Assembly: GCA_965233165.1 (NCBI GenBank)
Contig: CBDDRX010000102.1
Coordinates: forward strand, 8,776 to 72,775
Length of the DNA stretch: 64,000 nucleotides
From: an uncultured bacterium
Lineage (GTDB): Bacteria > Pseudomonadota > Gammaproteobacteria > Burkholderiales > SG8-39
Reading direction: 5' to 3'
Both the position numbers and the translations under genes were made by a program. This document shows positions 39,922 through 49,483 of this stretch, piece after piece (position 1 is the stretch's first letter; the number at the start of each line of letters is the position of its first letter). The notes under the pieces are model-generated. The model was not told the DNA's origin, did no database searches, and was given only the letters and a program-made list of their open reading frames with translations.

Positions 39922-41006
39922 AGCGCAACCTCCTCGACCTGGACGCCGGCGCGCTCGCGCGCGCCTTCGAGGAGCTCGGCGAGAAGCCCTTCCGCGCGCG
40001 CCAGGTGCTGCGCTGGATCCACCAGCGCGGCGCCGCCGATTTCGCCTCGATGAGCGACCTGGCGAAGGACCTGCGCGAGAAGCTCGCGCAGGTGGCCTGC
40101 ATCCGGGCGCCGGTGACCGTGGGCGACACTACCGCGCCGGACGGCACGCGCAAGTGGCTCCTGGCGGTCGATGGCGCCAATGCCGTGGAGGCGGTGTTCA
40201 TCCCGGAAGCCGAGCGCGGCACGCTCTGCGTGTCGAGCCAGGCGGGCTGCGTCCTCGACTGCGCGTTCTGCGCCACCGGCAAGCAGGGCTTCAACCGCAA
40301 CCTCTCGACCGGGGAGATCGTCGGCCAGCTCTGGATGGCGAACCGCGAGTTGCGCAGCGAAGCCGATCCGCGCCCGATCTCCAACGTGGTGATGATGGGA
40401 ATGGGCGAGCCGCTGCTCAACCTGGACGCCGTCGTCCCGGCGCTTCACCTGATGCTCGACGACAACGCGTACGGCCTGTCGCGCCGGCGGGTCACCGTCT
40501 CGACCTCCGGCGTCGTGCCCGGCATGGACCGGCTGCGCGACGAATGCCCGGTGGCCCTCGCCGTGTCGCTGCATGCCTCGAACGATGCGTTGCGCGACCG
40601 CCTGGTGCCGGTGAACCGCAAGTATCCGATCGCCGCGCTCATCGCGGCCTGCAACCGCTACCTGGACAAGGCGCCGCGCGATTTCGTGACCATGGAGTAC
40701 GTGATGCTCGACGGCGTGAACGACGCCGACGCCAACGCGCGCGAGCTGGTCGGCCTCGCCGCCCGGGTGCGCTGCAAGTTCAACCTGATTCCCTTCAATC
40801 CGTTCCCGCGCTCGGAGTTCCGCCGCTCGCCGCCGGAGCGCATCGCGCGCTTCGCCGACATTCTGCGCCGGGCCGGGCTGACCGTCACCACCCGCAAGAC
40901 GCGCGGCGACGACATCGCCGCGGCCTGCGGGCAGCTCGCGGGCGACGTGGCCGATCGCACGCGCCGCACCCGCGCCGCAACCATGATCAAAGAGGTGAGG
41001 GCATGA
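39918..41006 (+). CDS. rlmN: 23S rRNA/tRNA m2A methyltransferase
   Basis: [28 protein letters not shown]. Confidence 0.97.
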   Translation: MKRNLLDLDAGALARAFEELGEKPFRARQVLRWIHQRGAADFASMSDLAKDLREKLAQVACIRAPVTVGDTTAPDGTRKWLLAVDGANAVEAVFIPEAERGTLCVSSQAGCVLDCAFCATGKQGFNRNLSTGEIVGQLWMANRELRSEADPRPISNVVMMGMGEPLLNLDAVVPALHLMLDDNAYGLSRRRVTVSTSGVVPGMDRLRDECPVALAVSLHASNDALRDRLVPVNRKYPIAALIAACNRYLDKAPRDFVTMEYVMLDGVNDADANARELVGLAARVRCKFNLIPFNPFPRSEFRRSPPERIARFADILRRAGLTVTTRKTRGDDIAAACGQLAGDVADRTRRTRAATMIKEVRA

Positions 41007-41797
41007 GGAGCTTCCTGGCAGTGCTGTGCGCGTCCGCGGTGCACGCGGGCTGCGCGACCGACGGCGCCTCGCCGCCGCCGGAAGGCCCGTCCGTCGCCAC
41101 CGGCGGGCAGATCGGCGATGCCGACGAGCCGCGCAACCGCGCGAAGCTGCACACGGAGCTCGCGGCGCTGTACTACTCGCGGGGCAACATGGGGGTCGCA
41201 CTGGAAGAGCTGCGCATCGCGGTCGCGGCCGACGGGACCTATGCGCCGGCGCACGGCATGTTCGGCATCGTCTACCAGGAGCTGAAGGAGACGAAGCTCG
41301 CCGAGCAGAGCTTCGAGCGCGCGCTGCGCCTCGCGCCGGGCGACCCGGACCTCAACCACAACTTCGGCCAGTTCCTGTGCCAGAACCAGCGCGAGAAGGA
41401 TTCGATCAAGTACTTCATGACGGCGGTCAGCAACCCGCTGTACCCGACGCCGTGGCGCTCCTACTCGGCCGCCGGCCAGTGCACGCTGCGCACCAACGAC
41501 GTCAAGGGCGCGGAGGCGTACTTCCAGCAGGCGCTGAAGCTCGATCCCGACGACCCGCCCGCCACGCTGCAGATGGGCCAGATCCGCTTTCGCCAGGGCA
41601 AGCTCGACGAGGCGCGGCGCCTCGTCTCGCGCTTCAACAAGATGGTGAACCCGACCGCCGAGTCGCTCTGGCTCGCGCTGCGCGTCGAGCGCCGGCTCGC
41701 CGCGCGCACCTCCGAGGCGAGCTTCGCCACGCAGCTGCGGCGCCGGTTCCCCGACTCGCCCGAGTACCAGGCGCTGCAGCGGGGCCAGTTTGACTGA
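41003..41797 (+). CDS. pilW: Type IV pilus biogenesis/stability TPR lipoprotein
   Basis: Lipobox-like AGC, TPRs, [15 protein letters not shown]; position after rlmN. Confidence 0.9.
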   Translation: MRSFLAVLCASAVHAGCATDGASPPPEGPSVATGGQIGDADEPRNRAKLHTELAALYYSRGNMGVALEELRIAVAADGTYAPAHGMFGIVYQELKETKLAEQSFERALRLAPGDPDLNHNFGQFLCQNQREKDSIKYFMTAVSNPLYPTPWRSYSAAGQCTLRTNDVKGAEAYFQQALKLDPDDPPATLQMGQIRFRQGKLDEARRLVSRFNKMVNPTAESLWLALRVERRLAARTSEASFATQLRRRFPDSPEYQALQRGQFD

Positions 41798-42650
41798 AGC
41801 CGGACCCGGCGAGGCCGCGGCGCTGGGGGTCGGCGCGGCGCTGGCCGAGGCACGCAAGGCGCTCGGCCTGTCGCACCACGACGTGGCGCAGCAGATCAAG
41901 TTCATGCCGCGCCAGCTCGAGGCGCTCGAGGCCGAGCGCTTCGAGTCGCTCCCCGGGCCGACGATCGCCCGCGGCATGGTGCGCACGTATGCGCGCTTCC
42001 TCAAGCTCGACGCCGACCCGCTCCTCGAGCGCATGGCCGGCCGGGTCGAGGTGCCCGACCCCACGCCGCATCTTTCCGCACGCTTCAGCCAGCCCGTGCC
42101 GTTCTCCGACGGCGGGCGCCGCTCGACGTTCTTCTACCTGGCGCTTTCCGCCGGCGTGCTCGCGCTCGCCGGGGGCGTGCTCTACGAATGGCGCCACGAG
42201 CGCCCGGTCGCCGCGTTCGTCACGCCGTCCCGGCTGCCCGCCCCGGCCACGCAGACCGCAAGCATCGCAGCGCCGGCGCCGGTCCCCGAGCCGGCGGCGA
42301 AGAAGCCCGAGCCGATCGCGAAGAAGCCCGAGCCGGCCGCCCAGAAGCCCGAGCCGAAGGCGGAGGCGCCGGCCCTCCCGGTCGCCGCTACCGCGCCGAA
42401 GTCCGTTGCCGGCGCGAACCGCCTGCAGCTGCGCTTCGAGGAAGAGGCCTGGCTCGAGATCACGAACGGCGCCGGGAAACTGCTCGTTTCCTCGCTGCAG
42501 CCCGCCGGGACCGAGCGTGTGGTCCATTGCGCGCCGCCGTGCAGCCTGGTCGTCGGCAACGCCTCGAGCGTGAAGATCAGCTACAACGATCGCGAGATCG
42601 ACCTGCAGCAGCACGCCCGGGCCGACGTCGCCCGCTTTATCCTGAAATGA
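41790..42650 (+). CDS. rodZ: RodZ-like HTH/DUF4115 protein
   Basis: HTH with [13 protein letters not shown], Pro-rich linker, WLEI..G, LVVGNA; position before ispG. Confidence 0.85.
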   Translation: MTEAGPGEAAALGVGAALAEARKALGLSHHDVAQQIKFMPRQLEALEAERFESLPGPTIARGMVRTYARFLKLDADPLLERMAGRVEVPDPTPHLSARFSQPVPFSDGGRRSTFFYLALSAGVLALAGGVLYEWRHERPVAAFVTPSRLPAPATQTASIAAPAPVPEPAAKKPEPIAKKPEPAAQKPEPKAEAPALPVAATAPKSVAGANRLQLRFEEEAWLEITNGAGKLLVSSLQPAGTERVVHCAPPCSLVVGNASSVKISYNDREIDLQQHARADVARFILK

Positions 42651-43900
42651 CCCCGGGGAGAAGACCCTCGCGCGCCGTCACGGTCGGCGGCGTCGTCATC
42701 GGCGGCGACGCGCCGGTGGTCGTGCAGTCGATGACCAATACCGACACCGCGGACGCCGAAGGCACGGCGCGCCAGGTCGAGGCGCTCGCCCGCGCCGGCT
42801 CCGAGCTGGTGCGGATCACGGTGAATTCGCCGGAGGCGGCGGCGCAGGTGGCCGAGGTCCGAGCACGCCTGGACCGCGCCGGCTGCGCCGTGCCGCTGAT
42901 CGGCGACTTCCATTTCAACGGCCACAAGCTGCTCACCCAGTTCCCGGAATGCGCGCAGGCGCTTGCGAAATACCGCATCAACCCCGGCAACGTCGGGCGC
43001 GGCGCGAAGCGCGACGACCAGTTCGCGACCATGATCGAATGCGCGCTGCGCTACGGAAAGCCGGTGCGCATCGGTGTGAACTGGGGAAGCCTCGACCCGG
43101 AGCTCCTCGCGCGGGTGATGGACGAGAACGCGCGCCTGTCCGAGCCCCTGGATTCCCTCGAGGTGATGCGCGAGGCGGTGATCCGCTCCGCCCTCGACTC
43201 GGCGGCGCAGGCCGAGGCGCTCGGCCTCGCGGCGGACCGCATCGTGCTGTCGTGCAAGATGAGCCAGGTGCAGGACCTGATCGCGGTGTACCGCAGGCTC
43301 GCCGCGCGCTGCGACTACGCGCTGCACCTGGGGCTCACGGAAGCCGGCATGGGGAGCAAGGGCATCGTCGCCTCGTCGGCGGCGATGGGCGTGCTCCTGC
43401 AGGAGGGCATCGGCGATACGATCCGCATCTCGCTCACGCCCGAGCCGAACGGCGATCGCACACGCGAGGTGCAGGTGGCCCAGGAGCTGCTGCAGACGAT
43501 GGGCCTGCGCGCGTTCTCGCCCATGGTGAGCGCATGCCCGGGGTGCGGGCGCACCACCAGCACGGAGTTCCAGGAGCTCGCGCAGAAGATCGAGTCCTCT
43601 TTGCGGGAGAAGATGCGCGAGTGGAAGACGCGCTATCCCGGGGTCGAGGGCATGCGGGTCGCGGTCATGGGCTGCGTGGTGAACGGGCCGGGGGAGTCGA
43701 AGCACGCCGACGTCGGCATCAGCCTGCCGGGCACCAACGAGTCGCCGGTCGCGCCGGTCTACGTCGATGGGCAGAAGACCGTGACCCTCAAGGGCGCGCG
43801 CATCGCCGAGGAATTCCAGGCGATCGTCGAGGAGTACGTCGCGCGAAGATATGGCCCGGGTTCTCCTCTCAAGAAAAAAATCCCCATCAAGGCGGTCTAA
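42647..43900 (+). CDS. ispG: HMBPP synthase
   Basis: [40 protein letters not shown]. Confidence 0.97.
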   Translation: MTPGRRPSRAVTVGGVVIGGDAPVVVQSMTNTDTADAEGTARQVEALARAGSELVRITVNSPEAAAQVAEVRARLDRAGCAVPLIGDFHFNGHKLLTQFPECAQALAKYRINPGNVGRGAKRDDQFATMIECALRYGKPVRIGVNWGSLDPELLARVMDENARLSEPLDSLEVMREAVIRSALDSAAQAEALGLAADRIVLSCKMSQVQDLIAVYRRLAARCDYALHLGLTEAGMGSKGIVASSAAMGVLLQEGIGDTIRISLTPEPNGDRTREVQVAQELLQTMGLRAFSPMVSACPGCGRTTSTEFQELAQKIESSLREKMREWKTRYPGVEGMRVAVMGCVVNGPGESKHADVGISLPGTNESPVAPVYVDGQKTVTLKGARIAEEFQAIVEEYVARRYGPGSPLKKKIPIKAV

Positions 43901-43906
43901 GGGGCC

Positions 43907-45262
43907 ATGGAGAAAGTAAAGCCTGCCCTCCTGAAGGGCTTCGACCAGGAGTTCCTGCCCGCCGAGCAGCTGCAGTTCAACGCGCTCGTCGACACGATCC
44001 GCAGGAGCTTCGAGCTGTTCGGCTTCCTGCCGATCGAGACGCCTTCGGCCGAGCGCAAGGAGATCCTCACCTCCAAGGGCGGGATGGAGAAGGAGATCTA
44101 CGCCATCACGCGGCTCGCCGGCGACCCGGGCGACGCCGAGGCCTCGCGCGGCGCGCTGCATTTCGACCTCACGGTGCCGCTCGCCCGCTACGTGGCGATG
44201 CGCGAGCACCAGCTTGCGTTCCCGTTCCGCCGCTACCAGATCCAGCGGGTCTGGCGCGGCGAGAACCCGCAGGCGAACAAGGGGCGCTTCCGCGAGTTCT
44301 ACCAGTGCGACATCGATATCATCGGCAAGGGCGAGCTCGGCTACCTCGCGGAGGCCGAGATCCCGAGCGTCATCTACCGCGTGTTCTCGGAAATGGCGAT
44401 CGGCCCGTTCCGCATCCGCCTCAACAACCGCAAGCTCCTCAAGGGGCTGCTGCGGCACTTCGAAGTGGCGGAGGCAGCGGCGCCGGAGGTTTTCCGCATC
44501 CTCGACAAGGCCGACAAGGAAGATGCCTCGAGAATCCGCAGCGACCTTCTGGCGCAGGGCCTTTCGGAATCCACTTCCGCCCAGCTCCTTAGGCTGGTCA
44601 CGGAAAAGGCACCCATCGACCAGACGCTCGCGCTGCTGAGGGACTACGAGGGAAAGAACGAGCTGGTCGCCAAGGGGGCGCAGGAGCTGCGCTCGGTGGT
44701 CCAGGCGATCCGCCAGTTCGACGTGCCCGACGGCGCATTCGGGATCGACCTGGGCGTCATCCGCGGGCTCGATTACTACACCGGGACGATCTACGAGACG
44801 ACGCTCGTGGATCATCCCGAGCTGGGCAGCATCTGCTCGGGCGGACGCTACGACGACCTGGCGGGCTACTTCACGAACACGAAGCTGCCGGGCGTGGGAA
44901 TCTCGATCGGGCTGTCGCGCCTGTTCTCGCGCATGAAGGACGCGAACCTGCTCAAGCCGCTCGCGCGGACGCCGGCCGAGGTCCTCGTCACGGTCATGGA
45001 CCGGCAGCGGGTGGATCGCTACATCAAGCTCGCCAGCCAGCTGCGCGAGGCCGGCATCAACACCGAGCTGTACCTGGAGGAGAAGGCGCTCGGCAAGCAG
45101 CTCGAGTACGCCAACAAGAAGAGTTTCCGCCTCGCCGTCGTGGCGGGCGAGAACGAGTTTGGCCGCGACGCGGTGCAGGTCAAGAACCTGCGCACGCAGG
45201 CGCAGGCGGAAGTTCCCCTCGCGCACCTCGTAGAATCGGTGCGCGCCGCGCTTAAGGATTGA
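43907..45262 (+). CDS. hisS: Histidine--tRNA ligase
   Basis: FDLTVPLARY, GRFREFYQCDID, RGLDYYTG, GGRYD. Confidence 0.96.
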   Translation: MEKVKPALLKGFDQEFLPAEQLQFNALVDTIRRSFELFGFLPIETPSAERKEILTSKGGMEKEIYAITRLAGDPGDAEASRGALHFDLTVPLARYVAMREHQLAFPFRRYQIQRVWRGENPQANKGRFREFYQCDIDIIGKGELGYLAEAEIPSVIYRVFSEMAIGPFRIRLNNRKLLKGLLRHFEVAEAAAPEVFRILDKADKEDASRIRSDLLAQGLSESTSAQLLRLVTEKAPIDQTLALLRDYEGKNELVAKGAQELRSVVQAIRQFDVPDGAFGIDLGVIRGLDYYTGTIYETTLVDHPELGSICSGGRYDDLAGYFTNTKLPGVGISIGLSRLFSRMKDANLLKPLARTPAEVLVTVMDRQRVDRYIKLASQLREAGINTELYLEEKALGKQLEYANKKSFRLAVVAGENEFGRDAVQVKNLRTQAQAEVPLAHLVESVRAALKD

Positions 45263-45271
45263 GAGACATTC

Positions 45272-45904
45272 ATGCCATTGGATCTTGAAGAGCAGGAAAA
45301 GGTCGCCGAGCTGCGCGCCTGGTGGACGCAGCACGGGACGCTGATCATGGCGGTGCTGGTCATCGCGACGCTCGCCGCGGCTTCCTGGAGCGGCTGGCAC
45401 TGGTACCTGCGCAGCCAGTCGGTGGAAGCGAGCGCCCTCTACGAGGTGCTGAGCAAGGCGGCGCAGGACAACGACGCGAAGGGCGTGCGGGACGCGGCCG
45501 GCTCCCTGGTGGAGTCGTACCCGCGCACCCTCTACGCCTCCATGGGCGCGCTTCTGTCTGCGCGCTACCACTTCGACCGCAACGACCTGAAGACCGCCCG
45601 GGCGCAGCTCGAGTGGGTGGTCGAGCGCTCGCCCTCGGAGGAGCTTCGCGACCTGGCGCGCCTGCGGCTCGGCGCGGTGCTCCTGGACGAGAAGGCGTAT
45701 GACGAGGCGCTGAAGGTGGCGGAGGCGCCGCACGGCGCCGCGTTCGATGCCCAGTTCGCCGCGCTCAAGGGCGACGTGCTCGTCGCGAAGAACGAGGCCG
45801 CCGGCGCCCGGGACGCCTATCGCGTCGCGCTGGAGAAGGCCGGCAAGGAGGAGCGCGCGTTCCGCGAGAGCGTGCGCATGCGCCTCGAGGGGCTGGGCGG
45901 ATGA
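45272..45904 (+). CDS. yfgM: YfgM-like TPR membrane protein
   Basis: DLEEQE.VAEL..WW, LARLRL, KGDVL; position after hisS. Confidence 0.9.
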   Translation: MPLDLEEQEKVAELRAWWTQHGTLIMAVLVIATLAAASWSGWHWYLRSQSVEASALYEVLSKAAQDNDAKGVRDAAGSLVESYPRTLYASMGALLSARYHFDRNDLKTARAQLEWVVERSPSEELRDLARLRLGAVLLDEKAYDEALKVAEAPHGAAFDAQFAALKGDVLVAKNEAAGARDAYRVALEKAGKEERAFRESVRMRLEGLGG

Positions 45905-47034
45905 GGCGGCGCGGCGCCCTGGCGCTCGCCCTGGTCGCGCTCTCGCTCGCGGGCTGCGCGAATCCGTTCCGCTCCAGCGGCCCGAAGCCGGCGGAGCTTC
46001 CCGAGCTGTCCAATCCGCGCGAGGTCAAGCTGCTGTGGTCGGCGAGCGTCGGCGGCGCGGAGCGGTTCATTTTCTCTCCCGCGGTCGCAGGGGACGCGGT
46101 CTACGCCGCCTCGCGCGACGGCAGCGTCGTGCGCCTGGAGGCCGGCGCCGGCAAGGAAGCGTGGCGGGTCTCCGTGGGGACGCAGCTCTCGGCGGGCGTG
46201 GGCGCAAACGCGACCACCGTGGTCGTCGCCACGGAGGAGGGCGAGGTCATCGCGCTCGAGGCCGCGGGCGGCAAGGAGCGCTGGCGCGCACGGGTGTCGA
46301 GCGAGGTGCTCGCGGCGCCCGCGGTGGGCAACGGGCTGGTGCTGGTGCGCAGCGTCGACAACCGCGTCTTCGCGTTCGGCGAGCAGGACGGCCGGCGCCG
46401 CTGGCTCTACCAGCGCTCGCCCGCGACGCTCGTCGTGCGCACGCCCGCCGGCATCACGCTGGAAGGCGAGACGGCCTACATCGGCTTCGCCGGCGGCAGG
46501 CTGGTCGCGCTGGCGCTTGCCAACGGCGGCGTGCGCTGGGAGGCGACCGTCGCGCTGCCCAAAGGCGCGACGGAGCTCGAGCGCGTCACCGACGTGGTCG
46601 GCGATCCGGCCGTCCAGGGGCGCGAAGTCTGCGTCGCGGCCTACCAGGGCCGCGTCGCGTGCTATGAGACCGCTTCCGGCCGCCAGCTCTGGGCGCGCGA
46701 CCTGTCTTCCCTGAGCGGCGTCGGCCTGGACGCGCGCTACGCCTATGTCAGCGACGAAAAGGGCGCGATCCACGCCCTCGACCGCACGAACGGCCGCTCC
46801 GCCTGGAAGCAGGACCGCCTGTTCCTGCGCCAGCCCTCCCAGCCTCTCCCGGTCGGCGTCGCTGCGGCGGTGGGAGACTTCGAGGGCTACGTGCACTTCC
46901 TTGCGCGGGATTCCGGCGCCTTCCTGTCCCGCTATGCGACCGATCGCGGGGCGATTCGCGCCGCGCCCGTGCCGCTGCCGAACGGCTTCCTCGTGCAGAC
47001 CCTGAACGGCGGCCTCTTCGCCCTTGCGCCGTGA
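45901..47034 (+). CDS. bamB: Outer membrane protein assembly factor BamB
   Basis: Lipobox LAGC, PQQ-like repeats, GATELER.TDV. Confidence 0.93.
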   Translation: MRRRGALALALVALSLAGCANPFRSSGPKPAELPELSNPREVKLLWSASVGGAERFIFSPAVAGDAVYAASRDGSVVRLEAGAGKEAWRVSVGTQLSAGVGANATTVVVATEEGEVIALEAAGGKERWRARVSSEVLAAPAVGNGLVLVRSVDNRVFAFGEQDGRRRWLYQRSPATLVVRTPAGITLEGETAYIGFAGGRLVALALANGGVRWEATVALPKGATELERVTDVVGDPAVQGREVCVAAYQGRVACYETASGRQLWARDLSSLSGVGLDARYAYVSDEKGAIHALDRTNGRSAWKQDRLFLRQPSQPLPVGVAAAVGDFEGYVHFLARDSGAFLSRYATDRGAIRAAPVPLPNGFLVQTLNGGLFALAP

Positions 47035-48437
47035 AGCCGGTCATCGCCCTGGTCGGGCGGCCCAACGTCGGGAAATCGACCCTCTTTAACCGGCTGACCA
47101 AAAGCCGCGACGCCATCGTCCACGACGTGCCGGGCGTGACGCGCGACCGGCACTACGGCGAGGGCCGCGCCGGGGATCGCGCTTTCATCGCCATCGACAC
47201 CGGCGGCCTGGAGCCGGCCGCCGCCGAGGGCATCTTCGCCGAGATGGCGCGCCAGGCCGAGCAAGCGATCGCCGAGGCCGACGCGGTGGTGTTCGTCGTC
47301 GACGGGCGCGCCGGGCTCATGCCTGGGGACCGCGCCATCGCCGAGCGCCTGCGCAGGATCCGCACGCCGCTGCGCGTCGCGGTGAACAAGGCGGAGGGCA
47401 TGCAGCCCGACACGGCGATCGCAGAGTTCCACGAGCTCGGGCTGGGCGAGCCGGCCGCGATCTCGGCCTCGCACGGAGAGGGCGTGGGCGAGCTGCTCGA
47501 GGCCGTCCTCGCGCCCTTTCCCTCGCGACGCGAGGCGGAGGAGAAGGACGAGGGCCATCCGCGCGTCGCGATCGTCGGCCGGCCGAACGTCGGCAAGTCG
47601 ACGCTCATCAATTCCATCGTCGGCGAGGAGCGCGTGATCGCCTTCGACCAGCCCGGCACCACGCGCGACCCCATCGAGGTCCCGTTCGAGCGCGCCGGGC
47701 GGCGCTACACGCTGATCGACACGGCGGGCGTGCGGCGGCGCGGCCGCACCGGCAGCCCGGTCGAGTTCTTCTCCATCGTCAAGGCGCTGCAGGCGATCGA
47801 GGCGGCCAACGTCGCGATCCTGCTGCTCGACGCCGCGGACGGAGTGACCGAGCAGGACGCGCACGTCGCCGGCTACATCCTCGAGCGCGGGCGTGCCGTC
47901 GTCATCGCGGTCAACAAGTGGGATGCGACGAACGAGGAGGGGCGCCGCCGCATCAAGGCGGAGCTCCCCTGGAAGCTCGGCTTCCTCGCCTTCGCCGAGA
48001 CGCACTTCATCTCCGCGAAGGAGGGCAAGGGCCTTGCGCCTTTGCTGCGCGCCGTCGACGGCGCCTATGCCGCGGCGATGGCCAAGCTGCCGACGCCCCG
48101 GCTGACGCGCGCCCTGATGGCGGCCGTCGAGCGCCAGGCGCCGGCCAAGGTAGGCCTGGTGCGGCCCAAGCTGCGCTACGCGCACCAGGGCGGCATGAAC
48201 CCGCCGCGCATCGTGATCCACGGCAACGCGCTCGACCGCGTATCCGACGCCTACAAGCGCTACCTCGAGCACTTCTTCAGCAGCGAGTTCCAGCTGGTGG
48301 GCACGCCGATGCGCATCGAGTTCCGCTCCGGGCGCAATCCGTTCGCGACCAAGGGTGGCAAGCTGCCCTCGGGAAAGCCGCGCGCGCTCCAGCAGGCGAA
48401 GGACCAGCGCCGGGGTTACGTGAAGAAGAAGAAGTGA
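47031..48437 (+). CDS. der: Ribosome biogenesis GTPase Der
   Basis: Two [10 protein letters not shown]-domains. Confidence 0.97.
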   Translation: MKPVIALVGRPNVGKSTLFNRLTKSRDAIVHDVPGVTRDRHYGEGRAGDRAFIAIDTGGLEPAAAEGIFAEMARQAEQAIAEADAVVFVVDGRAGLMPGDRAIAERLRRIRTPLRVAVNKAEGMQPDTAIAEFHELGLGEPAAISASHGEGVGELLEAVLAPFPSRREAEEKDEGHPRVAIVGRPNVGKSTLINSIVGEERVIAFDQPGTTRDPIEVPFERAGRRYTLIDTAGVRRRGRTGSPVEFFSIVKALQAIEAANVAILLLDAADGVTEQDAHVAGYILERGRAVVIAVNKWDATNEEGRRRIKAELPWKLGFLAFAETHFISAKEGKGLAPLLRAVDGAYAAAMAKLPTPRLTRALMAAVERQAPAKVGLVRPKLRYAHQGGMNPPRIVIHGNALDRVSDAYKRYLEHFFSSEFQLVGTPMRIEFRSGRNPFATKGGKLPSGKPRALQQAKDQRRGYVKKKK

Positions 48438-48766
48438 AGCACGCGGCCCGGGGCAAGCGCCCCCAGGCCGGCGCCGACCAGCCCGAGGTACGTGCCGACC
48501 ATGAAGCCCTGGTGCGCGCGCACGTTTCCGCGCCGGATGAAGAAGACGGCGCAGGCGAGCGAGACCAGGACCCAGAGCGAGAGCAGATGGATCCACGAGA
48601 AGGCGCCGTTGCGCGTGATCCAGAAGGAGGAGATCGCCACGACCAGCATCAGCGCGCCCCAGCTGCGGCCGAGCGCCTTGTGGACCGCCGTGCCCTTGCG
48701 CAGGAACAGGACCGCGACGCCCACGCCCAGCGCCGCGAGAGCGGCAGAAAGATGCAGCGCGATCAC
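48416..48766 (-). CDS. DUF2306-like membrane protein
   Basis: [28 protein letters not shown]; probable GTG start at 48766. Confidence 0.75.
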   Translation of the reverse strand: MIALHLSAALAALGVGVAVLFLRKGTAVHKALGRSWGALMLVVAISSFWITRNGAFSWIHLLSLWVLVSLACAVFFIRRGNVRAHQGFMVGTYLGLVGAGLGALAPGRVLHFFFFT

Positions 48767-48831
48767 CGGAGTGCCGCGACGAGCGTAAAGGCGGCCAGGT
48801 GGTGCAGCAGGGCGACGAAGGCGGCGCTCAT
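48763..48831 (-). pseudogene. 22-codon ORF resembling a DUF2214-family N-terminus
   Basis: [22 protein letters not shown]; stop overlaps the GTG of the next gene. Confidence 0.45.
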
Positions 48832-48851
48832 TTGACGGATCCAATGCTTAA

Positions 48852-48902
48852 GTTGACAATGACCACATTACGATACCGGACTAATGTTACCAATGTCAAC
48901 AT
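48852..48902. promoter_or_regulatory. Probable TetR operator pair in a divergent promoter
   Basis: GTTGACAATGACCACATTA (48852-48870) and TAATGTTACCAATGTCAAC (48882-48900) form an imperfect inverted pair; includes TTGACA. Confidence 0.65.
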
Positions 48903-49483
48903 CAAGGCGAAGCAAGCGCGCGTACCACCACGGGGACCTGCGGGCCGAGATCCTGCGCGCCGCGGGAGAGCTCCTGGAAAAACAGGGCTCTGACGCCGTT
49001 CTGCTGCGCGAGGTGGCGCGGCGCGCGGGGGTTTCCCACACTGCTCCCTACCGCCATTTCGACAGCCGCGAGGCGCTGCTTGCGGCGCTCGCCGCCGAGG
49101 GATTCCGGGAGTTCGGGCGGCGGGTGAACTCGGCCGCGGGGCCGGCGATGGGCGAAGCGTACGTGGGGTTTGCGCTCGAGCGGCCGCAGTTGTTCCGGCT
49201 GATGTTCGGCGGGGTGTTCAGGCTGGGCAGCGATCCGTCGCTCGCGCTCGCCGCGAAGGGCGCGTACGAAGGGCTGGTGGCGGCGTTTCGCGCCCGGCGC
49301 GAGGTCGCGGATCCCCAGCTTGCGGCGGCGGCAGCGTGGTCGCTCGTGCACGGGCTTTCCCAGCTGCTGCTCGACGGGCATTTCCCCGAGGCGACCGCGG
49401 ACGGCAAGGCCCGCGCGGAGTTCGTGCGCCGCGTGATGGGGACGGTGCGCTTCGCCGCCGCGCCGGCTCAGCGCATCGCGTAG
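48893..49483 (+). CDS. TetR/AcrR family regulator (WHG-type C-terminus)
   Basis: YHHGDLR, LREVARRAGVSHTAPYRHF, WSLVHG. Confidence 0.93.
   Translation: MSTSRRSKRAYHHGDLRAEILRAAGELLEKQGSDAVLLREVARRAGVSHTAPYRHFDSREALLAALAAEGFREFGRRVNSAAGPAMGEAYVGFALERPQLFRLMFGGVFRLGSDPSLALAAKGAYEGLVAAFRARREVADPQLAAAAAWSLVHGLSQLLLDGHFPEATADGKARAEFVRRVMGTVRFAAAPAQRIA

Noticed and set aside
42581..45733. 1050-aa minus-strand ORF and similar long overlapping ORFs
   Set aside because: Stop-poor shadow frames typical of high-GC coding DNA opposite ispG/hisS
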